A stretch of 63,454 nucleotides of DNA, the filler included, from Octopus bimaculoides (lineage: Eukaryota): assembly GCF_001194135.2 (NCBI RefSeq). It is 8 parts of 7 records of this genome, joined end to end, with 100 filler letters (N's around TTAATTAATTAA, not from the genome) between each part and the next. Parts side by side here need not be neighbours in the genome. Positions count along the whole stretch, not along the records: positions 61,720 to 63,454 come from NW_026418264.1; 7 more parts are not named here. One strand, 5' to 3'. Below are positions 63,148 to 63,454 of this stretch, in pieces. A program made the position numbers and the translations under genes. The notes beneath the pieces were generated by a model, which saw only the letters and a program-made list of their open reading frames with translations, did no database searches and was not told where the DNA came from. The first letter of the stretch is position 1. The number at the start of each line of letters is the position of its first letter.

Positions 63148-63454
63148 TATACGATCATGTGTTGTGTGTGTATATATGTTTATATATATACTTATATATG
63201 TTTATATATATTTACGCATATAGGGAGAGGCTTACATGCATACATTAACATGCGCTCATTTATGTTTATGAAAGACGAGTGCAAAAGAATCCTCTTATTT
63301 GTAGCCAGTAATTAGTGGACTCATTAAATTTTACCAGCCATGGTAATTTCGATAGCGAGTTCAATTGCATCAATTAATTATAGAGCATATGTCGACTTAT
63401 TTGCATTCCTATTGAAGAATTGTAGCTCATTGTATATAACTGAAATTCGTGATA

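Overview
AT-rich, repeat-dense eukaryotic DNA, almost certainly from a coleoid cephalopod (probably Octopus), inferred from its tRNA-derived SINE families and dense microsatellites. The window is not one locus. Seven identical artificial 100-nt spacers (44 N + TTAATTAATTAA + 44 N) join eight apparently unrelated scaffolds: 1-8686, 8787-13518, 13619-16940, 17041-34050, 34151-41512, 41613-59669, 59770-61619 and 61720-63454. Host coding sequence I can support: three phase-compatible + strand exons of ELP5 (35574-35654, 38447-38676, 40681-40859), and one kinase-homology-domain exon of a receptor guanylyl cyclase (32918-33022) on a different scaffold. The rest is mobile DNA: hAT, Tc1 and mariner remnants, a Mag-like Ty3/Gypsy element with a tRNA-Ser PBS and a related solo LTR, L1/Tx1, RTE, R4/Dong and Penelope-like (PLE) retroelements, and many SINEs. 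The most interesting signal is a set of minimal type-I hammerhead ribozyme motifs in PLE-type terminal repeats. One has an intact core and a long GNRA-capped stem II (13941-14006, minus strand), one has a U3:A8 compensatory core (41992-42027), one lies in a fold-back cassette inside a SINE-derived satellite, and one is decayed inside a 152-bp unit. Almost all ORFs in the supplied track are microsatellite or N-gap artefacts. All protein-family calls come from recalled motifs, not database searches.
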